Shown here piece after piece: positions 48,329-61,497 of a stretch of 64,000 nucleotides of DNA (positions are counted from its first letter, which is position 1; each line of letters begins with the position of its first letter). The stretch spans positions 966,984 to 1,030,983 of the forward strand of contig NW_015175977.1 of NCBI RefSeq assembly GCF_001447785.1. The letters run 5' to 3'. Position numbers and translations under genes: made by a program. The stretch comes from Gekko japonicus (lineage: Eukaryota). Below the pieces are notes generated by a model. It was not told where the DNA came from, did no database searches, and worked only from the letters and a program-made list of their open reading frames with translations.

Positions 48329-49189
48329 ATTGAGTGATATATACAGAACCATCAGGTATGCTATTAATAATATTGCTGGAAAAATTTCAGTTGTTCCTTT
48401 TGGTCCCCCCCACTTATTACTAATCCTTCATGTTATTTCTTCATAGTTGTTTTTTGACATCTTAAAATTAAATCTTTCAAGGTCTGAATTTTTTATCCTT
48501 CCTCCAGGTTTCATGATTCTTTATTCTGCTGCTGCTGTTATCATTTATCCAGATTCTCAATCAAACTAGAGATCTTGATGTTGTTTTGGGTACTTCTCTT
48601 CAGTGGAGGCGCAAGACACTGCCACCTAAGGCAGTGGCAGAAATGGCCACAGCTCTGACCCTTCTTGTCTTGCTCCCATCAACTGACCCCCATCTGGAAA
48701 CTAGAGGAGATAATTCTCTATACCTCTTTGCTTCTTTTGGCCTTTTTTTTTTTAATAAAAAGAAACCCAGTACAATAAATTCTGCATCCCCCTGCACCCA
48801 GGGCTTCTTGAATTCCAACAAGATTCTTTTCTAACAGATAACCAGAAATGGTGGCCACTCTTGTGTGAAGGAGTCTTGTGAGAATGTGAATGGCATGCCA
48901 CACTATTTCTAAAGAGACCTCAGGAAGTAAGGCAATAAGGAAGATTCTCTCCTCTGCTTCCTGGACAGGGTTGGGGGCAGCAAATGGCCATCAGGCAGGC
49001 AAGAAAGTAATGACATAAGGCTGGTGGTAAGCAGAACATGAGGCTGACATCCTGAAATATGCTGCCTGATGTGACCACCTCTGGTGGCCTCATTATACAG
49101 ACAACTCTGCCCTCCCCATTCCTTTTCTTTTCACATTGCATCAATAAATCCTCGATTTATCGAAACGTAAAGGACTAAGAACAAAGGAC

Positions 49190-49953
49190 TGCAATAAAGA
49201 AGGCCAATGCTATGCTGGGGATTATTAGGAAGGTATTGAAAACAGATCAGCCAATATCATAATGCCCCTATATAAATCAATGGTGCGACCTCATTTGGAA
49301 TACTGTGTGCAATTCTGGTCACCACATCTTAAAAAGGATATTATAGCTTTGGAAAAAGTGCAGAAAAGGGCAACTCGAATGATAAAAGGGTTGAAGCACT
49401 TTCCCTATGAGGGAAGGTTAAGGCGCTTAGGGCTCTTTAGCTTGGAGAAACGACGACTGAGGGGTGACATGATTGAGGTTTATAAGATTATGCATGGGAA
49501 AGAGCAGGTAGAGAAAGAGGTACTTTTCTCCCTTTCTCACAATACAAGAACGCGTGGGCACTCCATGAAATTGCTGAGCGGTCGGGTTAGAACAGATAAA
49601 AGGAAGTACTTCTTCACCCAAAGAGTGATTAACACATGGAATTCACTGCCACAGGAGGTGGTGGCGGCTACAAGCATGGATGGCTTCAAAAGGGAATTAG
49701 ATAAGCATATGGAGCAGAGGCCCATCAGTGGCTATTAGCCACAAGGTATAGATAGGGACTCTGGGGCAAGTGATGCTCTGTCTTCTTGGTGCTTGGGGGG
49801 GGTCAGCAGTGGGAGAGCTTCTAATGTCCTGGCCCCACTGGTGGACCTCCTGATGGCACTGGTTTTTCTGGCCACTGTGTGACACAGAGTGTTGGACTGG
49901 ATGGGCCTTTGGCCTGATCCAACATTGGTGTCTCTTATGTTCTTATGTTCTTA
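49190..49953 (+). mobile_element. CR1 LINE 3' end (RT C-terminus plus 3' UTR), relatively young
   Basis: ORF 49262-49738 PLYKSMVRPHLEYCVQFWSPHLKKD...LEKRRLRGDMIEVYKI...TRGH..RKYFFTQRVINTWNSLP; (TTCTTATG)n tail. Confidence 0.95.
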
Positions 49954-49974
49954 ATAGCTAAGTCCTGTTGCTAC

Positions 49975-51094
49975 TAGGGGTCTGCAAGAAAAAAAAATTG
50001 GTACATTTCCATTGGGGGTATATTTGACCTGAAAAATATCAGTAAATACCAAATTTTTCGAGTATTGGGTCTCAGGAAACATTCGGTATTTCTGAATATT
50101 TTTGGGTCTGTATACCTGGGGGGAGAGCAAGAGGGCATGCTTAAATGCCTCCCCTTACCTTCCTAAGCTCCCTGTTGCATCCACGGCTCAGTTTCACTCC
50201 CTGCCACTCAGCTGACAGGCAGAAGGGAGTGAAACGGACTAGTGGATATGGCCAGGTGGCTTGAGGAGGCAAAGCATTTAAACGTGCCTCCTCACTCTCC
50301 CTTCCCTTCCCAAGTTCCCAGCCCAGTGCCTGGGGAACCCAAGGGAGAAAGGGGGAGGCATGTTTAAATGTCTCCCCTTTGCTTCCCTAGCTGCCCGCTG
50401 AGGTGGACGGCAGGGGAACCCAAGGGAGAAAGGAGGAGGCATTTAAAATGCCTCACCTCTGCTTCCTTGAGGCAGACAGCTGGGGAACGTAAGAAAGAAA
50501 GGATGAGGCATTTAAAATGCCTCCCCTTTGCTTCTCCTGCTGCCCGCCATGACGGACAGCTGGGGAATGCAAGGGAGAAAGGGGGAAGCATTTTAAATGC
50601 CCTCCTTTCATTTCCCCAGCTACCCACCACAGCAAGCTGGCTTGGGGAGGGAAGGCAAGGCATGTAAACACGTCCTCTTTCTGTACCTTGCTTCCCTCAG
50701 TCACCTCACTGTGGTGGGTTGGGGGAGGGAAGGGACAGAGAGAAGTCATGTTTAAATGCCTTCCCCCTCCTTCCCTCAGCTGCCAGGGGAGGGGGGAAGG
50801 AATTTAAATCTAACAGCTGAGTGGTGCAGGGGAGTGAAACTGACACCTTGTCAGTTTCACTCCCCTGTGCTGGTCAGCTGTTAGATTTAAATGCCTTCCT
50901 CTCCCAGCCAGTGGCTGGGGGAGGGAAGGGAAATCGGCAATACTGAAAAAAGCTGAAGAAATTCAGGAAACTGTATTCAGTAACCAAAACATTTCCTGAA
51001 TTTGTATGCATCTTAGGAATACCGAATAAATACTGGTAAGGCATTTATTTGGGGTGGGGTTTTTTTGCTTGGGGAAGCCAAATGCACACCCCTA
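49975..51094. mobile_element. Non-autonomous hAT element (1120 bp) with internal ~60-bp repeats
   Basis: TAGGGGTCTGCA ... TGCACACCCCTA termini; 8-bp TSD GTTGCTAC/GCTGCTAC; repeated palindromic GAGGCATTTAAAATGCCTC units. Confidence 0.85.
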
Positions 51095-51539
51095 GCTGCT
51101 ACCTGTTACAATGAATTCTTTCTTTTGAAATGATTCTACCCAGATGCTGGCATATTTCTCTTGAATGCTCTTGTAGCTGGACTTCCCATTATTCCCATTT
51201 TAAACCTCTTGCTTCCATCGTGTATTCTGTCGTCCTTATATTTTTTGCATGTAAATACAATGTTTCTGTGCTTGTGATTGCACTGATTGCTTTTCTGTCT
51301 CACATTGGATTTTAAATCAAATTATTTACTTTTCAATGCATCAATTTGGCAGTTTCTTTTTACCATTCATCTGCTATACATTCACATTCGTAGCCCTCGT
51401 GGTCTGCTCATTCTCTGTTGCTCATTTAATCTTGTATTCTTCTTCTGTCACACATGTTCATGATTTCCTCTAATTGCTTATTTTTTTTGGGGGGGGCAAC
51501 ATGGCCAATTAATACTTATTTTCTCTGGTGTAAAGAAAG

Positions 51540-51935
51540 TTTCATTACTCTACTGTTCTCCAGTTTTAAATTATAATATTATTATTTTGTTGTTAATATG
51601 AGAATATAGGCATATCTGGGCAGGTCCCTTAGTGTGTTCTGCATAGCACCTAGTTTTGTAGGTGCTCAGCAAATAGTAAGCATTATTATTTATTTAATGT
51701 TAGAGCTGCAAAGTCCTTGGCAAATTGTCTTTGTCCTTGGCAAATTTCATTACTCTACTGTTCTCCAGTTTTAAATTATAATATTATTATTTTGTTGTTA
51801 ATATGAGAATATAGGCATATCTGGGCAGGTCCCTTAGTGTGTTCTGCATAGCACCTAGTTTTGTAGGTGCTCAGCAAATAGTAAGCATTATTATTTATTT
51901 AATGTTAGAGCTGCAAAGTCCTTGGCAAATTGTCT
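51540..51935. repeat. Exact tandem duplication (191-bp copies, 205-bp period) including an old L2-like 3' end
   Basis: 51540-51730 is identical to 51745-51935 by eye. Confidence 0.9.
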
Positions 51936-54900
51936 ACAGCTAATTAACACTGACCGTAGATTACAGGGGTCAACATTTCCTAGAGCAATTTAAACATTTC
52001 ACATAGCTCAAACCCCCTTTTGCATAAATGAGATCATGCCAGAATATAGGAAACTAAAAACAGATCACTAAATGGAGCAAAGAATAAAATATGAATGTAG
52101 GACAAATATTTAAACTGTATGTATTTCAGTTAAAAGGCAAGCCCACCCTAAAATTGTGTAAAAAGAAAAATCACCTTGTGGCCCTAGGTGTTATTTAATC
52201 CAAGTCCATTATGGCCATGCACACATTACATCATTATCTACAGGAAGTGATATTATCAGATGTAAACAATATAATTAGAGGAAAGTAGTCTAGATATAAC
52301 TGGAAGAGTGCAGTTGTACAAGTGTGGTTTTTAATGATGTAAGGGAAGTATCCAAATTGTGCTCATATATTTCCCGTTTCCAGGGAACAAATTTCAGAAG
52401 CTCTAATTCTAATGTATAGGTTCTATAATTTTTCGTATTTGATCAGCAAGAAGCATTTATGGATGGCGAGGGTAGAGGTGACTATTTCTGATTAGGTCAA
52501 ATAGTAATAAAGATGCAGCCTGAGAATTTTGAGCGAAGCAACAAGCTTTTGTGGAGGCCGTGCTCCATTGATGAATGCATTCCTCTGGTGTTAGGCACAT
52601 TCTGCTTATTGTAAGATGTTGAGTATAAAGTGCCTAGTGCTGGAGGTATGCACTCCATAATAGTGCAGCACGTTGCTGAAACAGAAGGGAAGAATATCAA
52701 GCCTATAATGTTTTTGAGAGAGATACAAGAATATGAAGGAATACTATACAAGTAGATTTGATAATCTGATCTGATTTTATGTTTCTTGCAGTAGAATGGT
52801 CTTGTGCACGGGAATCCTAACCTCTGTAACATACTTCTTCTTTTGTTTTGTTTGCAAAAGTAGCAGCAAGGTAGCAGAGATGCAAAAGGACCATGTGGCT
52901 TAGCAAGGAAAACAGAAAAGTCAGCTTATATCTCTCTTTTGAACTTCATTTTTCCAGGCTGTAAGAGCTATATTAGTTTTGCCTATCACTCATCTCCCTT
53001 TGGTAGCAGCCTAATCTGGGATCTATTAATATCCACATTTTGCACATGGGAGAACAAAAAAACCAATAATCAAGTCACAGCTAGCATTTATTTGTACGAA
53101 GCGGTTTCGTAATCACAAACTCCTTGTTCTGACAACATATCCACTCTGTGAAAGCCAACATAGTCCTTCAAATCTGGGTTACCACTTGAAAAGTGCCATA
53201 AAAGAACATGGTACTTGATTAATAGTTTCTGAGACAACAGCTTGGATTACTGGTGCCTAGAGTAAAATAGAGCACTGTAAGGGAGCCTATTGTGTAAACA
53301 CATCTGAGCAAAACCAGGTACTCTTGCATTTTTATCACTTAAAATATCTATCTAGACTCAGTCTTTGGCTGCAAACCATGTGACACCGTACAAGAAGGCT
53401 TCTCCAGTGGCTGGTTATGGCAAGAAAAAGTACTGTGCTGTGCATGGCTCCTTCTGTCAGCTCATTAGTATGTTTTCACTGCTGATTGCTCATGACGTAA
53501 GGCATAGTGCATCCCTCTATGCAAAGAAATACTTTGTTTTGATTTAATCCTGCCAAAATCCAACCACCAGAGGTGGGTAACAATATATTAAAGCATACAG
53601 AAAGCAACCGTACTTGCTGCCTTTGTGTGGGATGCTGGGAACAGAGCCACATAAATGCACTGCAGCCTTAGCAGTATTGTTGCTTTGGGCTGCCAACAGC
53701 AGGACTATGAGAGAAATCCAGGGTCTATAGCAAGGGCTGGACAGGAGGCAGCATTTGGTTTGGAGTATCTGTACCTTGCTTTGAGAGAGTATCTTGCCAA
53801 AGATACATCTTCTTTATAGATGAGCAGGATGCTTTTGTCTTAAGTTCATAAAAACAAGATCCTACTGTTCATTTAACTTGCCAGAGCAAAATTTTGTGGC
53901 TTGAACACCTTGGTTCCCTGCTATATGCCCAGTTTACCACAGTTAGCTGATCTAGTCCAAGATCAAACAAAAGGTACTCTGATCAGAGGCATGTCAGAGT
54001 AGTAAAGAACACCATGAGGGGCTGTACTCCTTTTATCAGTTAAAACCACATTACATATCAGCTACAACTTGTCTGGCTTGCGTGCTTGATTAACTACCCT
54101 ATTCAGTAAAAATGCATTTGTTTTCCATGCTTGTCTGAATGACAAATTTATTATTGTGTTATACAACTAAGAGATGTGTTAATAAACAGTATTGGGGAAA
54201 GTGAATCTGAGAGGTGCCACATAGATGCCATAGTTAAAATATGAGCAGGCCGTAAAGCTGCAAAGCCCTACTAAAGTGCATGCTGGCTCACCAGATAACT
54301 TTTGCAATATCAAAATCTTTCAAGAGGGCATGTGCACTTGCAAACAGAGAAGGAAGGACATGGTGGACACAGAAAGCCCCCATGTTCCAAATTGCAGATG
54401 TCTCAAACTTTCCATGTCCACTTCATTCTCTGGGTAGTTCAGAAAGACCACATAGTTTGTTGTTCTTTCTTTTAATCATGCACAGCCTAATACTGATTGA
54501 AAACACAAATATTTCTTATAGTTTGCCCTTTAACAAAACTAGAGGCAACTGACAAATGTGCCTACTACTTTTTACTTCTTAATACTTTCCAGTACTACTT
54601 TATATTCCACCAAATAAAGAATCCAAAAGCATAAATGCATTCCATTGGTGTAAATGCCCAATTGACTTTCAGAGAGTGTCTTTCAGGATTTATAATCACC
54701 TTTTTGTGTAAAGGAAATGGCAGAAAGGGTTGAGATTCATGAAAAGTGCTGGTGAGGGTGGGAAAGAAGAATAGCTTTAAAATGCAGACACCCATTTCTG
54801 TGTGATTTAATCAAAGTTACCAACACATTTTTTTTTCCTGCTTTATTCTTTGGTTATGTGGGCTACAAATTTTTTTTTATATATATAACTGAAATTAATT

Positions 54901-55427
54901 TTGCATTAGATGCCACATTCTGTGCTTCACAATGCAGTAACACCCAAGCGGTTTTCCCAAATACATACATCTGCTATCTTTTTTGCCTTTCAACAAACTG
55001 ATTTTGACATTTCCAAGTAGATGGAACTTGGGGGGGGGGAGAGAAAAGCACTGAATACATTTCCTATCCCAACCACTTGTTACTTGACAGCAAAGTGGTA
55101 CAATTCTAAAGGCGCACGCTGTGCATGGGTGTGAAATTTCAAGGCATTCTGAACAGCACATGGCAATGAGGTAGATAACTGAATTTGTTCCTCCCCTCCC
55201 CCCTTTCACTTCACATGGCAAAAATCTGAAGGAATGGACATCAAGTGCAGAATGTGTGATTTATTGTTTGAATGCTTGATTTACTATATAAAATATATCT
55301 GTCAAGCTTTCCACCTTTAGCATGTATTATATTGGGCTCAAAAGGACCAAAAGAAAATAAAGCACAACCCAGCAAATGGTAGGCATGACTAAGTCTCATG
55401 AAATAAAGAGGCCTTCAGCAGTTAACT

Positions 55428-55848
55428 TAGGGTTGCCAAACCCCCCCCCCCCGGTTTGCCAGGGGTCCTCGTTTTTTGGGGGGTTCTACCCGCCGCCGGC
55501 CAGATGGCTGGTGGGGGAAGCCCCCCCAACACCCACAGCCACCCATCTCTCTCCCTTTAAGGGTGTGCAACCCGTGTTTCATCCCAAGCGGGAACTCTGC
55601 AAGCTTGCAGGGAAAAGCCAGATTCGTTCTTAAAAGGGAAACGCAGCTTCTTAAAGGGGAAACGCCGGCTGCCGGCTATTTTAAGTGCAGGGAACTGCCG
55701 TTTCTGGAGATCCGGCGCACGGCCGGGTGGTGGTGGGGCGGCGGCAGATGTCCCCAACGTGACGTCATCATGTTGGGGATGCCCCACCCCTTCCAGGAAC
55801 GCCCCCAAAGTCCCCCGCTGGGGGTGGAAGATGGACTTGGCAACCCTA
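55428..55848. mobile_element. 421-bp hAT MITE (TAGGGTTGCCAA TIR)
   Basis: Perfect 12-bp TIRs TAGGGTTGCCAA / TTGGCAACCCTA; perfect 8-bp TSD AGTTAACT. Confidence 0.92.
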
Positions 55849-57516
55849 AGTTAACTGCACATTTTAGCTCAGATTTCCAAGAGACCAAAAACCTTCCTAA
55901 ATTTTATTTGATTGCACTGACACTAGGAAGTCTGTGGCGAAGAGTATATCAACAGTTTGAAAACTGCACTTTTCAGAGTTTGTTGCTCTCCCTATAGTTT
56001 AGATTCCTGCACAAATGTTAACCCTGTAACAAGACCCAAGGTATGAATGTGTGTCTATATTCTGGGGCTCTCTGTTACTTCTGCATAGGGCCTGGCAGGA
56101 AGGAAAAGGTCAAGGAGACAGAGTGAATTGATTGGTAAAAGAGTGAAAGGAGACATAAACACACATACATCAAATCACACTGACAACAGACTGCAGAAAC
56201 ACTGTTAGCTGCAGGGAAGACAGGTTGCTGGACACAAGGTGAAAGTTGAAAGCCATAGCTGTTAAGTCTGCTCTTGAGTGCAGTGTGCTGATCTCCAAAT
56301 GACCAGTGTATGCAAGCACCTGGCTGAGTTAAGACTATGGTTAGTATGTTGTAACTGCAATGGGGCTGTATCCGTAGAGAAAAAGTATATTGTTGCTAAA
56401 TCCTCAGTTGCAGTGTTTCCAGTTTTGGGCTATCCCTGCAATAATGAAATCTGAAAACCCACAAATTGAACAAAGCATTACAAAATTAAACTTCAAAGGG
56501 AAACAAGGATCTTAGTGGTTTGATCCAGATCTGTGGGTTTTGTGAATTCAGACTGTATTGGTGTAACACCTGCCATAATTTAATATCTAGAAACAAAGAG
56601 GATGATAAAAGCCTTTGCCACAGATTGAAGAGCAGCTGAAAATACTATCTTAATGGAAATACCATGAATGCACTGATAACATCCATGTGATCAAATATCT
56701 TTAAATAATTTAAATGTAAATTTGGAAGCAAGCATTGCATAGTACAGAATTATTAAAACCTCTATTTGTACAAATATTTTTGCTTGCATAAATTGTTGTG
56801 TTTTTTTGCAGGATATAGTCTATACTAACAGCTTAATGTCTGTCTTTCTGGAAGGATAAATGTGGACAGGTTCATCCCCTGGCTGGGCAGTTTCCATCAT
56901 CCTCTTGGAATTCTAGAACAGAGTGCAGAAACCAGNNNNNNNNNNNNNNNNNNNNNNNNNNNNNNNNNNNNNNNNNNNNNNNNNNNNNNNNNNNNNNNNN
57001 NNNNNNNNNNNNNNNNNNNNNNNNNNNNNNNNNNNNNNNNNNNNNNNNNNNNNNNNNNNNNNNNNNNNNNNNNNNNNNNNNNAAATCAAAAAGTGCAGCA
57101 AAGGAAACACAAAATCAAATGAAGTAGCTAATTCCCACAAATCAAGGAAACTGGCTTTTCTGATCCAAGCTGAACGTGAAATTAATTGAAACATTCAACA
57201 TGAATTTTAAAATGATACTTTTAGTCAATAAAACGGAACACAGAAAGTGTAATGCATTTAACAAAACCTTATGAAAAACATCTTATGCAACTTGTAGAAT
57301 AAATGCATGTTTATCTAAAATACAAGTTGATTTTTTAAAAAAACTATGCTCCTAAGATCATGCTTTTAAAAAAATCCCTTCTATTCTTGGTATTGTACCT
57401 ACTGTTTTAAGAATTAGCAGCTGTGGATTTATAGATAGCCTTCATCCAGTCACTATATCTCAGCCTAACCTACTTAACAGCATTGTTGTGAGGATAAGAT
57501 GAAATGAAGCCTGAGG

Positions 57517-57517
<1 letters not shown>

Positions 57518-57551
<34 letters not shown>
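57518..57551. repeat. (AAT)n microsatellite at the tail of a MIR-like SINE fragment
   Basis: About 11 AAT units after TCTCAGCCTAACCTACTT..GTTGTGAGGATAA. Confidence 0.9.
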
Positions 57552-60500
57552 TCATCCTAACAGTGGCATGCTTCTTATTATTAATGTATCCTTGAACCAG
57601 TCTACTGATCAAAGGAGACATGCAAAAGAGGGGTAAAATAGCTTCTGTGTGTGGAAGCTGCTCAATGCTGCAGGCACACACAGCTCAGGTTAACAACATA
57701 ACTGAGAAAATGCCTGCATAGCAGTCAGAACTTCCAGATGGTTACTGGAGGTGCTGCAGAAATGACTCCTATGACATGGGCAATTGGCATGATAGGTCAT
57801 GCTAATACTTATGTCCAAAGCAGGGGCTACTGTCATGTGGATGTCATTTCAGCTGACTCACACAGGACTGTCATTATGGCACTGTTCAGATATAATGATA
57901 AAGGATGGTTTGTTACTATGGGAATGAACGTGAGAATCTCCAGTGTCATGCACTAACTTCTCTCCTCCATGCAAGGCCAGTTGATGAAAGACTTCCAGAT
58001 TAATGGAGTAGCATGGTTTGTCATTACATCCAAATCTGATTGCACTTTTCCTTACACACAATGATCCCAGATCAAGTAATGACAAAGTATGCTTTGCCAT
58101 ACATACAGCAGTCATAAGTGGCTGCATATGAGGAGAAGACGGCGTACAAGTGCATGAAGATTTCGTAGGCATGTTCATTTAAAACTCACTCTCTGGATTG
58201 GCTGTAACATCTGAGTTATGAATGTGTAGACCTTTCCTTAGTCTTAACTACATGACAGAATATATTATTACTTCGTTTCATTACAGTAGTAACAAAGAAC
58301 GTTTTTGTTGTTATTACCTCAGTTTTGTTTAGTGACAATTATATGGTTGGGATTGAGAAAGTAGCTGGAGAAAAATATCTGCCAAACTAAGGAGTTTGAG
58401 TTAATGTGGCCTTAAGAACCATACATCTCATAGTTCATATCAGGACTGGAGATGATAAAAACAGTAAAGTATACCAACAAGAGTGTTTAGTTAGAGATGA
58501 CAAACACAGATTTAAAAATGAAGATGGAGCTTGTTCTAGCTATAATTTAGTGACTGCTCAAAGCTTTCTATTTAAAAAAATCTCCTTTTTTTCTTCTAAA
58601 GTTCATCAGCAATATTTATGGAATCATGACATATATTAGTAAGCATGTCTAGTGCTAAAAATGAAAATAATGACCCAGGAAACAAAACTGTAATAATTTA
58701 TGTTGCTCTCTTCTCTTGAAAAGCCAGTGTTCCTTTACATTCTCAAACTAGGATCTAAAGGAAACTAGTGAATGTAGTAAAATCAATTCCAAGAGGCTGT
58801 AAAGGTCATAAGCACAGAACTCAGATGTTTTATAAGAATGCAAATGAAAGTTGACAGTTTTCTAAAAGCTAAGGAAAGCTGAACCATAATTAAATTAAAT
58901 TAAATAAATGAAAAAAGAATGAAAACCCAGTTCTGTACAGGGCTCAAAGTGAGGAGCAGCACACTGTGTGGCACACTGACTGGCTTGTATTATATTCTAG
59001 TACAGTGGTCTCCAACCTTTCTAGTTCCAGGACATGCCTTTTTAACCTGCAGGTGGTAGCTAGGGCATAAGCACTTTAATTGTAATAATATGATTGTTTT
59101 AATCTGGTTTTATATGTTTAATGTATCTCGGCACATAGTGCCGCTAAATGTAAGCCGCCCTGAGCCCGTTTGTGGGGAGGGTGGGATAGAAATCCAATAA
59201 AATAAATAAATTAATTAATTTAAAAAAAAACCTGTGACATCAGAGTCATATGATAGGAAAAGGAGGAGCCAGAGTACCAGCCCCTGCCAAAAAAGGATCC
59301 TTGCCCTTGCTGTGACCTCACCCGACCATTCTGCTGCTCCTCCTGGCAGAGAGCCAGGGGGAATGTTGCCCATGACCTCTATGCCTGTGCTTTGGCAGCA
59401 GTTTCTTTCAAAAAGCAACAGAAATGTCAGCTCTTTAGGGGCTCATGACCCACTGAAGGGTCCTGACCACTGTTCTTTAGTACTGTAACAAAGATGCCAC
59501 ACTGCAGCAAGGGCAAGACAAAAGAGAGAAAAAATTCTGAGGGGGCCGGAGAATTACTTTAGTATTGATAATCAAAGTATGACGTGTGAATATTTTGCTC
59601 TTCCTCAGGAAAAATAAACTGCCTCCTTCAGTAGTCAGAATGTTATATTCATATACCAAGAAATTGTTCTCTTGCCAAAACAACCTGTTTTCTCAGTCTA
59701 AGACAGCAGCCATGAACTGAGAAAACAAATTATTTTCATTGCTGCAAAGCAGAGACATTTTACCCTCAGGGAGTGCAGTGAAACTCCAAATGTGCACTTA
59801 TTGAACTTTTAGACAAATAATGAAACTGTTTTCTCTTCCCCACCCAGGACATTTTCCCTTTCCTCTTGATATGGAGAAGCGCATCTGTCATGTTTCCAGA
59901 TCAGGCAGTGTTGCCATAATGTCACCCTGTTGCATTCAGCCTTCCTAAGCGTTACACACACGATTCACATGGTGCCCCCTGCTGTGTGGGAGACAACATG
60001 TGTTAGTGAGCCAGATGGCAATTGGCATGTACTCCGGCAGCATTACTTGCAGTTTTGGCAATTTCCATGCCATACAAACAACTTGCCATAGGAAACCGTG
60101 CTCTCACAGGGCTCCATTTCAAGCAGCCACACAAGCAGCTGAGTGTATGTGGGAATCAGGCCTAAGAAGCTGTACCATCAAATCTTACTATCATCCAGGT
60201 TTATCCGTTAGATTAAAGTGTTGTTAACTGAGACGAAGCACCCTACCAAAGAGTGTGGAATGATTGGTTGTAACACTTCTAGAACAAAACAAGATTTGCT
60301 ACATTTCTTATAGAATATAATACAATAGAGACAGCACACCACATCATGATACACTTGCCACACTTTGAGTCCTGTGTTTTAAGTATATATACATATATAT
60401 AGCATTTTATTATTCGGATTTCATGCAGGGAACGAGATGCAGAAGGATTTGGGAAGCAGCATTTTTGGAGGGAAAATTCTTCTGGGTTTGTGCCTTTTTC

Positions 60501-60595
60501 TTGCCTATGAGGAGACAGTGTAGACCTTTCACCTGGCTACAGCTACCCGGTGCTACAATCCAAGAGCTGGCAGAAGCTGTCTGGTATGACATTAC

Positions 60596-60688
60596 CGTTC
60601 TCTGTCTGCTTGGAGTACTCCTTCCAGATACTGGACTGAGAGATCCTGAAGTGTCCAGCTCATCCGCTGATGACCAGGAGGACAGGTC
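60596..60688 (-). CDS. SYNE1: Nesprin-1 exon (Ser-rich linker before KASH)
   Basis: 93 bp, acceptor ..accgtag, donor gtaatg; DLSSWSSADELDTSGSLSPVSGRSTPSRQRT. Confidence 0.95.
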
Positions 60689-61284
60689 CTACGGTTTAGA
60701 ATAAATGAAGTTTAGAAAGAGCACAAAACTATCTTTTAAGAAACAACATGTCCATAAAAACAGGGAAGAAGACAAAAGGTGAACTCTAACTACACACAAT
60801 TTGGGGTCAATTACTACAAGTTGTAGAACATAGCTAGTGAAGACATGCATGCAAGAATTCTAACTTGCTTTGGTCAGGGAAGTGTTATTTCTGGGCAAAT
60901 CAGGATTAAGGAAACAGTTGCTCTTTATTCATTTTAAAAGCTAAGAGGTGTTGTGTACTCAATAAAAATATCCCACTGGAACTGCAGATATTATTTCTGC
61001 ACATATAACTATACCAGACAGATTGAAAACTAATTACATCTTTGTACAGTACAATACAATTCATTTTTTAAACTCTACTTTCGAGAACTCAGGCAGATGT
61101 GCGGTAATTTTCTTCACATGTCAGATACTGGTTAAGGATTTGACAGCTATAGGTACAAACAAAATATTTTGCCAAAAATATTCACATTTAGACTGTAGCT
61201 AAATAGCAAAATATACTTTCAAAGGACTGAATATATGAAATAGAAAACACATCTACTCCATGGCACAAGAACAGAATGACTTAC

Positions 61285-61497
61285 CAGCTGACTGCTTGAA
61301 ATATCAAGGGTTTTCTCTAATTCCTTAATGTAATGTGTGACCTCTTTCAGGAGTAGTTTAAGTCTGTTTCCAATGACATGGACTTTCTCTTTGGCTTCTA
61401 GACAATCCTTGCCTTCAGCATTGACTAGCAGTTGGCAGGACATGTCTTGAAGAGATGCCACTTTCAGCTGGGATTCTAGCAGCTCACGTCGGATTTG
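61285..61497 (-). CDS. SYNE1: Nesprin-1 exon (last spectrin repeat)
   Basis: 213 bp, acceptor tttctaacag, donor gtaagt; QIRRELLESQLKVASLQDMSCQLLVNAEGKDCLEAKEKVHVIGNRLKLLLKEV...DISSSQL. Confidence 0.96.
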
